DNA of 64,000 bases from Felis catus (lineage: Eukaryota). A model generated the notes under the pieces. It saw only the letters and a list, made by a program, of their open reading frames with translations, ran no database searches and had not been told where the DNA came from. The DNA lies in assembly GCF_018350175.1 (NCBI RefSeq), contig NC_058368.1, positions 222,024,001 to 222,088,000 on the forward strand. Reading direction: 5' to 3'. Below are positions 63,531 to 64,000 of this stretch, one piece after another (the stretch's first letter is position 1; every line of letters begins with the position of its first letter). A program made the translations under genes and the position numbers.

Positions 63531-64000
63531 TACACTGAAACTCCCATTGTCATGTTTATGGATCCCTTCAGTCATTATTATTTTACCCATCAAGTCCCTA
63601 AGCATTTGGTTTTCTCTTGAAAAAAATTTTTGAATTTCGCTAAAGTGTTAAAAGAATGATTGGGATAATACATGGTATAACTACAGAGAGGTGTGAATAT
63701 GCCTGGGAGGTAAGAAAATATAATTTCTTAAAGAAATTGTCACATTATATTAAGGTGTCAAATTAAAGGTAATACGCGTGTTGCTTTATTTAATATGCTG
63801 ATGAAAATACTAAAATTGTATTTTAAAGCATATACTAAAATACTAAAGTTGTATTTTAAAGCAAAAAAAATACTTCCTTTTATTTCCTATTTAATCATTT
63901 TAACAAAAATTCATGATCATTGTTAATTATTATGGTTTTAAAATATCATCTGTCATTAATATTTGTGTCCTTATTTTTCAAAAATTAGGATTTATGCTTC

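Overview
AT-rich mammalian nuclear DNA, almost certainly from a felid: it carries about 36 carnivore tRNA-derived SINE (CanSINE) copies or fragments, and several show the SINEC_Fc-type signature (GGGTGGCGCAGTCGG...CAGCCAGGTCACGATC...GGGCTGATGGCTCAGAG). I found no supportable protein-coding exon, RNA gene, CRISPR array or prokaryote-type system. The ORF track is explained by SINEs, decayed L1 ORF2, low-complexity tracts or chance. The window reads as intergenic or deep intronic sequence built from SINEs, L1, L2, MIR, MaLR/ERV LTRs and microsatellites. The most interesting signals are structural: a TSD-flanked polyadenylated retrocopy of an unidentified transcript (16.9-17.2 kb), an inverted templated copy of a SINE tail plus flank 2 kb from its source (23.8/25.8 kb), a palindromic fusion of two SINE tails (26.3 kb), a 5'-inverted L1 (39.0-42.7 kb), a stuttered 109-bp tandem duplication (33.2 kb) and a CpG-retaining unique block (60.2-61.1 kb). 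Repeat subfamily names come from recalled consensus similarity, and boundaries of old repeats are approximate. I cannot support a novel biological system here.
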